In this document: piece after piece, positions 41,509-55,988 of the stretch
Position numbering within the stretch: position 1 is the stretch's first letter
How the letters are laid out: the number at the start of each line of letters is the position of its first letter
Assembly (NCBI GenBank): GCA_951406725.2
Contig: OX597830.1
Coordinates: 64,356,001-64,420,000 of the forward strand
Reading direction: 5' to 3'
Origin: Octopus vulgaris
Lineage: Eukaryota
DNA: 64,000 nt
The notes under the pieces: model-generated
The model's input: the letters and a program-made list of their open reading frames with translations, nothing else
Told to the model about the DNA's origin: nothing
The model's database searches: none
Made by a program: the position numbers and the translations under genes

Positions 41509-41870
41509 CTTTTACTTATTTCAGTCATTTGACTGCGGCCACGCTGGAGCACTGCCTTTAGTCGAACATATCGACCCCAGGACTTATTTTTTGTAAAACC
41601 TAGTACTTGGCCCAACCGCTAGGTTACAGGGACGTAAACACACCAGCATCGGTTGTCAAGCGATGTTGGGAGGACAAATACAGACACACAAACATATACA
41701 TATATACTACGGGCTTCTTTCAGTTTCCGTCTACCAAATTCACTCACAAGGCTTTGGTCGGCCCGAGGCTAAAGTAGAAGTCACTTGCCCAAGGTGCCAA
41801 GCAGTGGGACTGAACCCGGGACCATATGTGGTTGGGAAACAAGCTTCTTACCACACAGCCACGCCTGTGC
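41509..41870 (-). mobile_element. SINE family A, near full length
   Basis: Colinear with 6867-7291, with an internal deletion. Confidence 0.88.
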
Positions 41871-42975
41871 GCTAACGATTCTGCCAGCTCGCTGCCTTAT
41901 CCACAGTAATATCTACAGCAATAACCATAACTACTACAATAACAACAACAACCACAATGACGACCACAGCAGCAGTAGGGGGAGCTGCATTCTACGGTGG
42001 GGGTGGGGTGGGTGGGAGAGTCGAGGGGGTGGGTATTGTGGGAGTGAGATATGGGCGGGTGCCAGCTTGATAATAACACGCATGTCAACAATAACGGTGT
42101 AGACATTATGTCGAGAATTCAGGAAACAGGAAGACATCAGACATCAGACATAAACAACAACATCAACAATGTACAACAACAACAACAACAACAACAGAAA
42201 AGAATAACCACGAAAACAGCAATAACAATAACAGCACCAGTAATAACAGAAGGAGCAACAACAACAACAACAAAAACAACAGCAGCAACAGCAACGACCA
42301 CAACAAAAGAACAACAGCAACCGCAGCACTAACAACAACAACAGCAGCAATAACACAAACAACAACCACAACAACAGAAACGACAGCAATAAAAGCTACA
42401 ACAGCAACAACAATAACAACGATATCTACTCTGTTGTAACAACAGACAGACACACAGACAGACCTAAGCACCATAACAACGGCAGCAAATACCATTGTGT
42501 GTAAAACCAGTTATTTATAACAAACTAGACAAGTCGTGAAAACCGAACAAAGAGAATGAGTGCCTCTAAGTGGTTGCACGAGATGGTAGAAATAGCAGTT
42601 ATATTTCCCTTAAATCAAACCTCTGTTTAGTTCAGGAATCCACAAAACAAGAGAGAGAAAGCTTATTTGATAAAGTAGGCCAAAACAGCGTTAGAAATAG
42701 GAGCTGGTCACCGTTAGAATCCTTTTGGTCTACTTTTCAGGAATGACTTGGGGCTTAACAATAACAGCAACAATGGTATTTCAAAGAAATCAGAGCTAAA
42801 TTAGTAGCCATGCGCAATATGGAGGGCTACGTATGAGGTGGGGTGGCGAGTGGGGAGTGACTTGAAGCGGAGTAACATGGCGGTAGTCGCACCTGTGTAA
42901 GTCAAGTTAATTAACACCCTGTGATCATAATGAGTATAAATGTATATTCGTGTATATACATATGTATATGTTTGT

Positions 42976-43025
<50 letters not shown>

Positions 43026-43289
43026 GGAGTGGCTGTGTGGTAAGTATCTTGCTTACCAATCACATGGTTCCGGTTTCAGTCCCACTGCTTGGCACTTTGG
43101 GCAAGTGTCTTCTACTTTGGCCTCGGGCCGACCAAAGCTTTGTGAGTGCATTTGGTAGACGGAAACTCAAAAGAAGCCTGTCGTTTATGTATGTGCGTTT
43201 GTATGATTTTACTCAAGTTAATGTTGTAGTAGTAGTAGTAGTACTGGTGGTGGTGATGGTAGTATTTGTTGTAGTAGGAATGGTTGTGG

Positions 43290-44967
43290 TTAGTTAGTTA
43301 GTTAGTTAGTTAATTTGGCTCAAAAGCAAATAGCAAGGCCATGTAGGGGGACATGGAGTTAAGTACAGGGTGGTGTTCATGTAAAGAGTTCAGGCCACTT
43401 GAGGTCCAGGGAGGCTTTGAACAAAGCGGTCGTCGGCATCTTCACCATCTCGTCTGGCAGCTTGTTCCACGGATCCGCAACCCGGACGGAGAAAGCTCCT
43501 CTCCTTCGATTGAGATGAAATCGTCGCAGGTAGAGCTTTTCGGAATGACCCCGCAGCCGACGCTCCGGAGCAGGAGTGAAGAACAGCTCTTTCGAGAGGT
43601 TACACTTCCCGCTTATGATGTTGTGGGCGAGAATGAGATCACCACGGCGGCGGCGTTTTTCAAGAGAATAAAGGTCGAGCGTCCTCAGCCTTTCTTCGTA
43701 GGACAAATTTTTGAGACCATGAACCATGCGGGTAGCCAGCCTCTGGACTCTTTCGAGGTGCTGTATGTCTTTGAGGAGATAAGGAGAAGAGGCTTGAATC
43801 CCATACTCCAATATGGGTCTCACCAGCGTGACATAGAGTGGCAGGAATATGGCTGCTGTGAGCATTCCGAATGACCGTCGAATCAAAAACAGAATTCCGC
43901 GCGCTTTGTTGGCAGCATGGACGCACTGGGCCGAAGGCGAAAAGGAGGAATCCACCAAGATACCCAGGTCCTTTACCTGATCGGTCCTCTCCAGCAGCAG
44001 ACGACCCGGCTCGAAATCAAGTTGAGTTGCAGGAGTAGAGCCGACAGGCAGATGACAGCACTTTGACACGTTCAGACACAGGTCCCAATCGTTAGACCAC
44101 TTCCAAATTTGGTGGAGGCATCGACGAAGATCCTCTATACTACCGCGAGGAGCGACCAGTTTGATATCGTCGGCAAATAGAAGGGTGTGTTGCGTGAGGT
44201 CGTCGGCAAGTCATTTATGAAGACTAAGAACAACAAGGGCCCAAGCACTGAACCTTGAGGCACGCCACTGCTCGCACTGGAGACGTCGGACCGCGAACCA
44301 TTAACTTGAACTTGGAAGGAGCGATCTGAGAGGAAGGCACCAACCCATCGTACAATATCCGGATGGAAACTATATGCTTGAAGCTTGACAAGTAGTAGGC
44401 GGTGGTTTACCGAGTCAAAAGCTTTGGCAAAGTCCAATAAAACGATGTCAACAGCATCACTATCATCGAGGATGCGCGTCACCAATTCTTCCATTACTAG
44501 TAAGTTGGTCAAGCATGATCTCTTCGGCACGAAGCCGTGTTGGGAATCAGTGATCGAGGCTGTGTTTAGGAGGTGGAGCATCATACTTTTCTTAAGGATG
44601 GTTTCGAACATCTTGCTGATTATTGATGTAAGGGAAACCGGTCGGTAGTTAAGCGGGTCTTCGCGGCTCCCTTTCTTGAAAATTGGGCAGATTATCGCTG
44701 TTCTCCAGTCTGCAGGTATAACACCCGTCGCCAATGACATATTGAATAGTCGTGTTAAGGGCTCGCAGATGACCGGAGCCAACGCTTTGATAACCCGTGG
44801 GTGTATGCCGTCAGGGCCGTGATCCTTGTTGACATCGAGGCCTTGAATAACACGTTTGACTTGGTCCCGCGTGATGATCAATCGAAGCATTGGAGGTACC
44901 GATCTATCAAATGGAGGGGGTTCACGACCATCATCTTGTTTGAAAATAGTTGAAAAAGCCTCGGCAA
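43290..44967 (-). mobile_element. 5'-truncated CR1-like LINE (RT and C-terminus) with one frameshift and a (TAAC)n tail
   Basis: GPDGIHPRV, PIFKKG, NYRPVSLTS, QHGF...SCLTNLL, DFAKAFDSV, SGVPQGSVLGPLLF, frameshift near 44205 before LFADD, KDLGI, LVRPILEY, RRRRGDLI. Tandem-repeat tail at 43290-43312. Confidence 0.93.
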
Positions 44968-45037
44968 ATAATTGACTCTGTGGTGGTAGTTAATATAGTA
45001 GTAGCGGTTGGTCCTATAACTAGTCTTGTCGTTGTTT

Positions 45038-45098
<61 letters not shown>

Positions 45099-45470
45099 CA
45101 GCAGCAGCAGCTGTTGTTGTTGCTAATGATGAGGATGTTGTGTTTAGTAAATAAATCTCCATCGTATTTCAACATTCTCGTTCTCTCACAAACAGAGAAC
45201 TTCACCTCATAGACACTGCAGGAAATATCGGCTTACACCATTTTCATATAAGCTCTGCTAATATATAGTGATCATTTATTATTATTGTTATTATTATTAT
45301 CATCATCTTTATTATTGTTGTTACTGTGTTGATGATGATAATGCTGATGTTGCTGATGTAGAGATATGTGGAACATCTCGCTATCGGCCGGCTCCATCGC
45401 TAAAAGATCTTCCACCGTTTACCTTTGGCCAGGAATAAGAGGCAGTTTTCCCCTTCTTTTTCTGGTGGCT

Positions 45471-45701
45471 ATGGTGAGCTGGCAGAATCGTTAGCACGCC
45501 AGGCGAAATGCGTACCCGTATTTCGTCTTCCGTTACGTTCTGAGTTCAAATTCTGCCGAGGTCGACTTTGCCTTTCATCCTTTCGGGGTCGATAAAATAA
45601 GTACCAGTTACGCACTGGGGTTAATGTAATCGATTTAATCCCTTTGTCTGTACTTGTTTGTCCCTTCCATGTTTAGCCCCCTGTGGGCAACAAATAAATA
45701 A

Positions 45702-45703
<2 letters not shown>
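45471..45703 (+). mobile_element. SINE family B, full length, ending in (TTA)n
   Basis: Colinear with 15402-15628; further fragments at 22618-22755 and 53452-53588. Confidence 0.88.
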
Positions 45704-45767
<64 letters not shown>

Positions 45768-46803
45768 GAGTGAGAGAGCAGTTCATGCCATCAAAGTGAC
45801 ACTGGGGTAAAATATACGAAGCCCAATATACGAAGCCCAATATACCCATCATGACTACCCATCTGATAAGGGTACACCAGGCATCACAACCATATGTGCG
45901 CGACATGGTGATCTCATATCAAGATAAACAGCACATGACCTTGCAGGTGGAGCCCAGTTAGAATTTTCTTCAGATCGAGTAACCCATCCCGCTCAAAAGG
46001 TCCCTGAATAAGGGTTGTTTAAGGATGTTGAAAGAATCACCCATGTTTCCAGAGGTGAATTATTCAAACTCCAAAGAATCCCTCTCAACACATGGCTATG
46101 ATGCTCCCCCACTACTTCTGCTCGTGATCAGAGATGCACATATCGTCAGCCACTAAGGGACATGCTCAACTGGTTAAGGTCAAACAACTGACAAGCAAAT
46201 CTGTGGTATTGAGCAGAATAATTACTGTAGCCCATCTTTTATAACAAGACAAAACAATGTACATGATAACACTTCCAATCAGAGTGTGAGAGTAATGCAC
46301 GCCATCAAAGTGAAACTGGAGTAAAATATACGAAGCCCAGCATAGCCATTATAACTACCCGTCTGATAAGAGTACACCAGGCACATGCATTACAACCATA
46401 TGTGCGCGACATGGTGATCTCATATCATGATAAACAGCACATGGCCTTGCAGGTGGGGGCCTAGTTAGAATTTCCTTCAGGTCGAGCAGCCAAAAAGGTC
46501 CCTGAATAAGGTTTGTTTAAGGATGTTGAACGAACCACCCATGCTTCCAAAGGTGAATTATCCAAACCTCTAAGAATTCCTTTCAACACATGGCTATGAT
46601 GCTTTCCCATTACTTGTGCTCGTGATCAGAGATGCACATATCGTCAGCCACTAAGGGACATGCTCAACCGATTAAGGTCAAACAACTGACAAGCAAATCT
46701 GTGGTATTGAACAGAATATTTGCTGTAGGCCATCTTTTATACCAAGACTAAACAATGTACATGATAACACTTCCAATCAGTTAAGATCAGAAGCCATGAG
46801 AGC
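45768..46803. repeat. Head-to-tail dimer of a ~515-bp non-coding element embedded in (TTA)n
   Basis: Unit 1 (45768-46281) and unit 2 (46282-46803) align over their length with scattered substitutions. Confidence 0.92.
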
Positions 46804-46815
46804 TTATTATTATTA

Positions 46816-46899
<84 letters not shown>

Positions 46900-46901
<2 letters not shown>

Positions 46902-47439
46902 GCCGACCTCCTTTAACCGGGAGGGCAAGGCAATTTTTCTTTGTCTAGTGGCCTAGTGGCTGTAGCGAAAGAGGTGATATGGTGGACCCGTTTGAAAGGG
47001 CTAAGGTCAGACACTTTCCTCTTTGGCCAAGGCCTCATCAACTTTTTCAAGTTCCACTTGAACAGGAAGATGAGAGTAGAGAGGGAAGTTCTGTCTCGTA
47101 GCAAATTCATTGAAAGGTGGATGAATGTCGGAAGAATGGCCAGAATGAACGGACCAATTCTGAGGATACACCTGTAAAAAAAAAAGGTAATATAAAAGGA
47201 GAAAGGGGCTCTCTACCCCGCTTTTGATTAGGCGCCCGTGGCTTTTATGGGTTTTTCCACGAGTAACCTTTTCGAAGCGCCTCCCCCTGTTGGGAGTTTT
47301 TACTTGTTATATTTTTGTTGTTATCTTGCATTTTTACACGGACTTTTCAAACGGACAAAACCCTTTTGGAACTTTCGTCCTGTATTTTATCCTTACATGT
47401 TTTATTTGATTTTTGTTAGCCCTTGTGGCCAATAAACGA

Positions 47440-47441
<2 letters not shown>
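46900..47441 (+). mobile_element. Tx1/L1-like non-LTR element 3' fragment inserted in (TTA)n
   Basis: VAKEVIWWTR...KFIERW C-terminal pattern, an 8-nt duplication (ctagtggc) causing a frameshift, 3' UTR with AATAAA, (TTA)n on both sides. Confidence 0.7.
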
Positions 47442-47512
<71 letters not shown>

Positions 47513-47753
47513 ATTATTATTATTATTGTTATTATTATTTTTGTTATTGTTATTATTGTTATTGTTATTATTATTATTATTGTTGTTGTTATTATTATAA
47601 TAATTATTGTTATTGTTATTATTATTATTTTATTGACGATGATGATAACGATACTGTTAGACAGTAAGATCTCTCAATAGACCTCATTTTATGAGATTTC
47701 CAGGTGTAACAGGTAGGATGGTAGTTCTTAGGTATTGGTGTCTATTTATTTAT

Positions 47754-47786
<33 letters not shown>

Positions 47787-47937
47787 TATTATTATTTGCT
47801 TCTTGCCTTTGACATCATATCAGAATGTAAGTAGAGTGGTTTTCTCTGCTGGAAATTGAAACCAGATCACTAAACATATACTTCAATATATGTCTAGACA
47901 AATATTTCTATATACACTCATTGTGAACGAACGCATG

Positions 47938-47979
<42 letters not shown>

Positions 47980-48158
47980 ACACACACACACACACATATA
48001 TTGTTCTGTCTAGGGAGAGCCAATATATGTATATACACATCCTCTCTCTGTTTGTATGCAAACATATGAATGTGTATATGTATATATATATACATTCATA
48101 TCTATATGTATGCATGTATACACAAGCACACACAAACATATCTATACACAGACGCAAA

Positions 48159-48218
<60 letters not shown>

Positions 48219-49389
48219 TACATATATATATATACATATATATGTGTGTGTGTATAACCAGTTATACACATATACCTGAATAATCATATACAAATACTCC
48301 TGTATGAAGTGAACATTATCACAGACCGGAAGCAGCTATATTCGCTGGGAAATAGTTTACGTAGCAGTTTAATTTTTGACATCATAATAATGTGTTGTTT
48401 ATAGCAATAAATTCCACGAGTAGCGTTTGAGACGGCTTGGCGCTGCCGTTTTGGCACCGCGTATTTGGGGTCGCTGATTGGACGTTGATTTATTTGACAT
48501 CAGACGTTTTAATATTTCTCTCCTTTTCTCCCTCATCTCACTCTCTTTCTCTCCCCCTCATTCTCTCTCGCTTCCTCTCACTCTCTTTCGCTGCCCCTCA
48601 CTGTCTCTCCCTCTTTGTTTATGCGTGTTAGCATATTTCTATGTGTTTGTGTGAAGAGAGGGCAGGTGTTAACGTCAAACGTGTTCAATTAAAAACTGTA
48701 ATTCCAAATAAATAGACCCAACGTTTCTTCTGCATGTCGTAAAATATGATTAGAAGTAGTTGAAACAGTATTTTGCATTTCGACCTCATAAAACCTACAC
48801 AAGCAACGACTACGTAAATTGGAGGACTGTTGCTAAGTGGTGCACAGGGGTCATCCGCCAGGTATAGAGAATCGCCGAAAAATAGTGGATGCAACGACGC
48901 ACTGTAGCAGGGCACAGCCCCACACTCGACTTGAGATGGCTTCATTCTCTTCCTCTCTCACACCTTCTCTGCACGTGGATATTTCTGCGCGCACATCCTT
49001 TTGCACGTTTGTGAGTGTGTGTGTGTGTATGTGTTAGTGTGTGTGCGTGTCCCCAGTGCCAAAACATTTTGTCGCTGAAATAGATTTAATGTCCAAATCA
49101 ACCGTGTCAAATCCTCAAATTGTTTCGAGGTTTTGGCTAAGAAAATATATTTGTTTTTAGTAGATTTGTAATATCTATTACTAGTGTTAAAATAGTTGTC
49201 AGAATAAATATGGAATGATCATCTAAGAAAATTAATTGTTCTATGAGTAAAGAATTTGCATCTTGAAACCCTAGATGTCCTCATTGGGTCTTATATTAAA
49301 TATCTAAATAATAGTTTCATTCAGAGGGCGCACACTCTGGTATCGCGAGCAGATGGCTTCAACACACACACGTATATATGCATATATAC

Positions 49390-49706
49390 AGGAAAATGCA
49401 TAAATAATGGGCTTTACATATTTATTTATTTGTGCATTATAGATTTGCAGCTGTTTCTGATACATATATTAAGGGTGCGTTCATAGTTTCGTTAACTCAG
49501 TCGGTCAATTGACCGATTGAAAATCTCAATCCGTGAGCGCTGAAGATGATAGTATTTGCTAAGGTCGTTTAACTTTTGCAGCCGATCAACTGACCGATTG
49601 AGTTAACGGAAATATGAATGCACCAATGATGTATATCAGAAACAGCTGTAAGTCTACGATGCACAAATAAATAAATATGTAAAATCCATTATATATGCCT
49701 TTTCTT
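49390..49706. repeat. Long imperfect inverted repeat (about 130-bp arms, about 55-bp spacer)
   Basis: ttacatatttatttatttgtgcat...cagctgtttctgata...ggtgcgttcata..cgttaactcagtcggtca is mirrored at 49575-49706. Confidence 0.88.
49535..49655 (+). ncRNA. Hammerhead with very long loop II, inside a palindromic PLE-like remnant
   Basis: CTGAAGA-tgata-(about 80 nt)-tatca-GAAA-cagctg-TA; stem I not paired. Confidence 0.55.
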
Positions 49707-49984
49707 ATGCATTGCTCCATGAAAAACACCACATTAACCTAGAAAAGCAACCATGGATTTACAAAGTCGACTGGTGATTGACTTTTTACCTGGAGTTCTA
49801 TGCCAATCAGAAAACCTTTCGCCGGCATGGTGCATTTGTGTTAAGAGAGAGCTTGAGAAGTATTCTTGATTGATAATCTCTTATAACCCTATACAGAGAG
49901 AGAAAGAGAGAGAGAGAGAGAGAAAGAAAAAAAGAACGAGACAGATGGTTATGTTCATAGAGATACACTTAATATATTTATGTA

Positions 49985-50390
49985 CGAGTAAAACGCCTCC
50001 CCCCCCCCGTCCAATGGGCGGTGCTGAGTTGTCAAACATTTAAACCGAATTTTCTCAAAACAACTTGTCCGACCGTCCCATAGGCCTCCCCTTTGAGAAA
50101 CAATGATTTCACCTAAATTTGAGACAGCAGCAAAAGAAGAAATGAAGATAGGCTTATTTTCTATTCCAAAGAAAAACGATTTTATTCACACAAATATGCA
50201 ACCGAAGAGTTTAAAGTACCAGTAATCGATCGCATTCTCACCTGGAATCGATTTTTGTAATTTTTTCAAGACTTATACACGCCCTGATACCGTCGGTATC
50301 TACATATCAAATTTGAGCGCAATCAGATGGAGGATTCCCTAGATCTTAGAAGACACACATACACACAGACAACGGATTTTATATAATAGA
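49985..50390 (-). mobile_element. Non-autonomous Helitron-like element
   Basis: Minus strand starts A|TCtattatataaaa followed by a (GT)-type microsatellite, has a GC-rich imperfect hairpin (ccgcccattggacgg) near the 3' end, and ends CTCG|T. Confidence 0.62.
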
Positions 50391-50836
50391 TATATCTCAC
50401 GCATCCGTATATAATTCCCCACAAAAAGCTAACTTTCCTTAAAAGAATGCTCCAAGACTTACAGGCTAACGTCTATAAACTCCAACCCACCTCTATGATA
50501 GCTAAGCTAACAACTAACAACAATAACCCACTGTGTTACAGTATTCTTGTCACATAACAAAAAACCCAGTGATAACATTCAAAATCATTCTTACTTTCCA
50601 TCTCGACACCATCTTGTTTTCGTTCCCCTACGTGGTTTCGATTTCTTTCTTCCGTAAACCTCCTGTTTCGTGGCATGTAAAGTTTGTAACAGTTTATAGT
50701 AGATTGTTTATATATCTTTCTTACAGAGATACAAGACGTCAGATTGAACGGGGGATGTTGAAATGGCACGCTGTTTTGATGACAATGTCACCGCTCTTAC
50801 GTCAAGGCGATTAGTTATCGCCATACATTATATTTG

Positions 50837-50925
<89 letters not shown>

Positions 50926-50978
50926 CTATATACACACACATGAGTTTGTATATATATATATATACATATCTACCAGCA

Positions 50979-51063
<85 letters not shown>

Positions 51064-51553
51064 GTCTATCTACCTACCTATCGATTTATCTATCTGTCTG
51101 TCTGTCTATCGGCCTGTCTGTCTGTGTCTCTCTGTCTGTCTGTCTGTCTGTCTCTCTCTCACTTTCTCTCTCTAGCTATCTTTCTACCTATCAATCAGTC
51201 AGTCTGTGTCTTTGTCTCTATCTATCTATCTGCCTGTCTATGTGTCTGTCCGTCTCACTCTTTCTTTCTCTCCCTCTCTCACTTTATCGATCTATCTATA
51301 TCCTTTACTTTCATGTAGACACGTTCAGAGAAGCTCAAGATCCATAAGAGGAGAGCTGTTGTGAGTGGAGGTTGTGTGATATTGATGTCTCTCTCGATAA
51401 ATTGAAGGAGTGAGTAAAGTGATAGCGTTAAAACAAAACTATAAAACAATTTGTAGGGAAAAAAATAAATAACCACCGGCGCTAAATTCTATTCTCTGAC
51501 ATGTATACAAATATGTATATATGTATATATATGTATGTATATATGTATGTATG

Positions 51554-51623
<70 letters not shown>

Positions 51624-51633
51624 CAGATAGATA

Positions 51634-51672
<39 letters not shown>

Positions 51673-51780
51673 ATATATACATACACATGCGTTTCTATAT
51701 ACCATTTGATCAGTGATAAAAAAAGTTGCTTGGCGAAGATAACTACATCCTTTGGTAACTATCCATCTGTTAGTCCATCA

Positions 51781-51872
<92 letters not shown>

Positions 51873-52507
51873 GTCTATCTATTTATCTGTCTGTTTGTCT
51901 GTCTATCTATTTATATGTATGTCTGTGTGTGTACATACTCACACACATGTTACAGTCACATAAGATTATGAATGCGTGTGCCCTTACATTCGTATTACAC
52001 ATGACATATGCAAAATGCATCAGATTCATAAGCAGAACGTAGAATCCAAGAACAAGGGGCAAAACACACGGTTTAGATTAAACGCCTCCCCCCTCCTACA
52101 TATCTCAAGAGAACCAACAATCATAAATAAAGCGAAATACCTACAAATGATATTGTTTAGACAGATTATCGTATAATATTTAGTTAATATTTACTTAACA
52201 AAATTAAACAGTGGCTGTGAGAATTTCATGTCTTCAAATTCTCCCGTGAAGTTTCTCTGGGATTCCGTTAACGAAATTGGAGCTGTGATGAAAGCCAAAT
52301 CATACAACATTACATTTTGACTCTAACTGTTTCGGTGTTAATTTACTTAGGATATGTGTTTGTGGCTTACGGAAACACCTTAGGTCTTTGCTCTTAGGTT
52401 GCTCTATTTGGGAGGGAGGTCCTGACATTAGATGTAAATAAAAGGGTTGTATGTATAATAGGGTGCGTTATTATGGGTGTAGTTTTATGTGCAAGTGTGT
52501 ACATGTA

Positions 52508-52572
<65 letters not shown>

Positions 52573-52734
52573 AAAGCAATTAAGATTCAAGTGAGTTCTG
52601 TTGAATTCACATGAATGTGGTACTTAACTTATATGCACCAGAAATACCATATATATATATATATATATATATATTGTATGTGTCTTTATATATTCATATA
52701 TATAATTATTTATATATACTTCTAAATATATGCA

Positions 52735-52768
<34 letters not shown>

Positions 52769-53387
52769 AACATACATACACATAGACATATACATATATA
52801 GATACAGACACACACATACACACACACACACACACACAAAGTCATTATCGTGGAAGACATGTATTAACCATTCAAAAACACAAAATATATTATTAATTTC
52901 AGTCAATCATTATATTATTTGGTATCAAAATGTTTTTGGTCGTACCAACTGCGACGTGCCCATTGACATTGTTCCAGAGCAACTAAACTACAAATTAGTT
53001 CTTTAGCTTTCTGCTTTGTTTTGCATAAGTAGTTGTCATTGATTAATGAACGAAGAACATGTCAAAAGGGCAAAATATGCTGTCCACTACAGTGCCAGCT
53101 TCATCTGTGACTGCTTTTTAAACAACAAATCTAAGCTCCCAATTGGGGTAAAAAGGTGGCCACCACACCCACCCACACACACATTATGTGAAGTTATATA
53201 TAAGAACTATTTAAGATTCAACTGAAGGATCACGTAATAAATTTTAGTTGAGTACATATAAATTTTTTTCTGAGAAAAGTGTTGCCAGTAACTTCGAAGT
53301 TTTCGCTTGCTGATTGTCATCAGACATTCAACTTTTTTTTCTTAAAAAATATTCATAAGTATACGAGTGTATCTCTCTCTCTCCCTT

Positions 53388-53441
<54 letters not shown>

Positions 53442-53584
53442 CGCCGTGGTTAACTTTTTCTTTCATCCATTCGGGGTCGATTAAATCAGTACCAGTTACG
53501 CATTAGTGTCGTTGTAATCTACTTAATTCCTGTGACTTTCCTTGTTTGTCTCCTCTATGTTTAAGCCCCCTGTGAGCAATAAAG

Positions 53585-53639
<55 letters not shown>

Positions 53640-54548
53640 CGCCCACATGCATACATATCTATCTATCTATCTATCTATCTATCATATATATATATATATA
53701 TATTCCGGACGTTGTAAACTAAACATTGTTATAGAGGGCCCTATCCGGCAACACCACATCGCATAGCACCCAACCCCACGACACCGACCCGACCACCAGC
53801 TATATAACTTCACCTTGTGACATTTTAAGATTGGATGGAGTGAAACGGTTGGGTCACATTCAAAGGTCAGCCACATTCGTGCCAGCCCCAGGACAAATTG
53901 GAAAACTTATTCGACAGAAGAGGTTTCCGTCATCCTGCTCATGTTTGCTTTTTATTTTCGTTTGTTTTTAAAACTCATTTCGTCAATAGAATCAGTTCTG
54001 CTTTTTTTTAGAAACTATTGGCGTAAGTGCCGTATGTGTGAAGGGAACCCATCTATAAAAGTACAAATAACAGCCGAAAGAACGACAACAATAACAACAC
54101 AAACAACTGCAGATATAAATGAAACAAGGGTGGGGATTGGTGGTGGTGGTGGGGGGTAACCCAGTTGTGGGAAGTGATTCTCTTCTGGTTTTTGTTTTTG
54201 CCTTTTTGGCTATTTTAGGGTCTTGATGAATGGGGACCTATTTCATGGTGCGTAGCTCTCACGAGAAACAGCGTTATTTTTGAGCAGGACAGGGACTATA
54301 CACACACACACAAACAGACGCACGCGCACACACATATATATATACGCATTTATACATATATATACATGTATATACACATATCTACATATATACAGACACA
54401 TATATATATACGCATTTATACATATATATCTACATGTTTATACACATACATACATATATACGCACATATATGTATGCATTTATAGATATACATCTACATG
54501 TATATACACATACATACATACATACACACACATACGTACATACATACA

Positions 54549-54594
<46 letters not shown>

Positions 54595-55467
54595 CAGAGA
54601 GAGAGAGAGAGAAATAGCTATATATTTATACATATATATACAATAAGTGTGTATGTGTGTGTGTGTATAGTTACCGAAATACTAAGAAAGGTATTTCCTT
54701 GCTTCCATGTCATATGTTATCTGTCATCGTCATCGTAGTCGCTTCTCTTTACTGTCATCGTCATCACCACCACCACCACCACCACCGCCGCCGCCGCCGA
54801 CGCCACCGCTGCCATCACCATCAACACCAGCCATCGCCCTCATCATCATTAGCAGCAGCAGTAACACTTTACCTGCCATAGTTTAATGATTGCTGCTGCC
54901 ACCACCACCAACCACCACCACCACCACCACCACCACCACCACCACCACCATCCATATGTATCATCCATTATCTTCTACCCCGCCTCCTCCTCCTCCTCCT
55001 CATCATCATCACAATTATCATCCTCGTCGTCGTCTTCGTCGCCATTATCATCTTCATCAGCATTATCATTGTCGTCATCGTCATCATCATCACCCATCAT
55101 TACTATTCTGACCACCCCACCCCACCGCACCCCACCACAACCACTCAGCCACTACCATCAGTGCCCCACCGCCACCATCAGTGTCCCCCCACCACCATCA
55201 CCGCAGTTCAACGCTTCCATAGATACTATAAATCTTACCGTTGGCATTCGCCGAGATCGTAATTGGACGCACATATTGGTTGGACGTGGCCATACTGGAG
55301 CCCGAGGCTATAGTAGAAGACACTTGCCCAAGGTGCCACGCTGTGGGAATGAACCCGGAACCATGTGGTTGGTAAGCAAGCTACTTACCACACAACCACT
55401 CCTGCTGTGAAATATACAGGTGTGTCTTAGGAATCTAGCGATGGTGTACATCGGAAAATTGTAAATA

Positions 55468-55955
55468 CCGTAGAAACTCGCGGTACGAGTTTCGCATTGT
55501 ACAAGTAATTTGCTATACGAACCGAGCCTCGTGCGAGCTTTTGCCTTGAAGTACGAACAGTATGAGCCCACAAATCGTCCTACCTTTAAGGTAATTAATT
55601 CAGTTAATAAAACCAGTTTACATATTTCTTTTCCGTTCCCTTTTTTATAATTGTCATTTTACTTGTAACCTCTTGAAAGAGCTGTTCTTCACTCCTGCTC
55701 CAGAGCGTCGGCTGCGGGGTCATTCCGAAAAGCTCTACCTGCGACGATTTCATCTCAATCGAAGGAGAGGAGCTTTCTCCGTCCGGGTTGCGGATCCGTG
55801 GAACAAGCTGCCAGACGAGATGGTGAAGATGCCGACGACCGCTTTGTTCAAAGCCTCCCTTGACCTCAAGTGGCCTGAACTCTTTACATGAACACCACCC
55901 CGTACTTAACTCCATGTCCCCCTACATGGCCTTGCTATTTGCTTTTGAGCCAAAT

Positions 55956-55988
<33 letters not shown>

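Noticed and set aside
43290-43312. (TTAG)n as a telomeric repeat
   Set aside because: It is the tandem-repeat tail of the CR1-like LINE and is also present on the 55664 copy.
43353-43874. 173-aa plus-strand ORF and other ORFs antisense to LINE/PLE coding regions
   Set aside because: Shadow frames of the retroelement ORFs.
46095-46155. Hammerhead on the minus strand of the 515-bp dimer (CTGACGA...GAAG)
   Set aside because: Stem II does not close adjacent to the core, there is no GAAA, and stem III/UH is unconvincing.
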